Of a DNA stretch of 64,000 bases, positions 63,299 through 64,000 are shown in pieces. The DNA is taken from assembly GCA_964016885.1 (NCBI GenBank), contig OZ024740.1, positions 179,242,001 through 179,306,000 on the forward strand, in the 5' to 3' direction. The stretch's first letter is position 1, and each line of letters opens with the position of its first letter. The translations under genes and the position numbers were made by a program. A model generated the notes under the pieces. The model did not search any database. It had not been told where the DNA came from and saw only the letters and a program-made list of their open reading frames with translations. The DNA is from Eledone cirrhosa. Taxonomy: Eukaryota.

Positions 63299-64000
63299 GT
63301 GTATATATATATATATATATATATATGCTCATTAATGACAACAGAAGCCAGATTGGAAACGTTCTTTAAAATTACAAGAGTTACCTCCCTCACACCCTAC
63401 CTAATCCTTTTTCTTAAATAAATTAAATATCACCCAGCAAGAATTGCTTCCCCCTGTATATTAACTCTCTAAAAAGGGAAATCATATCAAACCTCAGTCC
63501 ACCATTTGCCTCCATCACGGAATCATGGATCAACTAAACACTCTTGCTATATTAATACATTTTGATCTGCTTAACTTCAATGACTGTGCTTGTAAATAAC
63601 ATTATTTTTTCTTCCACATTGACTTTTTACGTTCCACATTATGCACGTTTTTTTTCCTTTTTCTTTTTCTTTTCACTTCTTAAACCTTGTTTGTAAATAA
63701 CATTATTCTTTCTGCACCTTCTGTTTAACATGTGCGACACCACACTAATACATTTCACTATCATTTGATAATGCATATAAATGGTGAAACCGGTAATAGA
63801 CAATAATTAAATATATAAATAGATAAATAAATGCCATTGTTAAATAATAAATAAATCAACTAATACCTTAACACTTCACACAAAGTAAAACATTTCGTTT
63901 TAATCAGTTTCTAACCCAGAAAAAAGAGAGAGAGAAACAAAAACGGGAAAAAAAAATATTTTTCTTCCTCCTAATCGTCTCTTTCTCCCTGTTTTCATAT

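Overview
This is eukaryotic (animal) DNA: AT-rich, packed with microsatellites and built almost entirely from transposon remains. The dominant SINE matches my recollection of octopus SINEs, so a cephalopod source is likely but unproven. No intact host gene is visible; there are only one or two candidate orphan exons. The recognisable elements are: a decayed Tx1/L1-clade LINE (1-4772); two near-full copies of one Penelope-like element (PLE) family with RT, Cys linker and GIY-YIG (about 6355-10230 minus, 38105-43146 plus); other PLE fragments including Naiad-like ones (16253-17420, 37040-37925, 52995-55460); RTE and R4-like LINE fragments; about 20 tRNA-derived SINEs; a Helitron with both termini (56131-62645); and an 84-bp mini-Helitron. 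The most interesting signal is non-coding. At least eight loci carry minimal type I hammerhead ribozyme (HHR) motifs. Several unrelated short palindromic elements sitting in (TA)n tracts have arms made of HHR halves that fold back at or near ribozyme stem II. The large PLE also has a gag-pol-like ORF1/ORF2 overlap with an in-frame U_UUU_UUA slippery site, and the Tx1 LINE and the SINE share a 3' terminal motif. All calls were made by eye, and boundaries are approximate unless stated.
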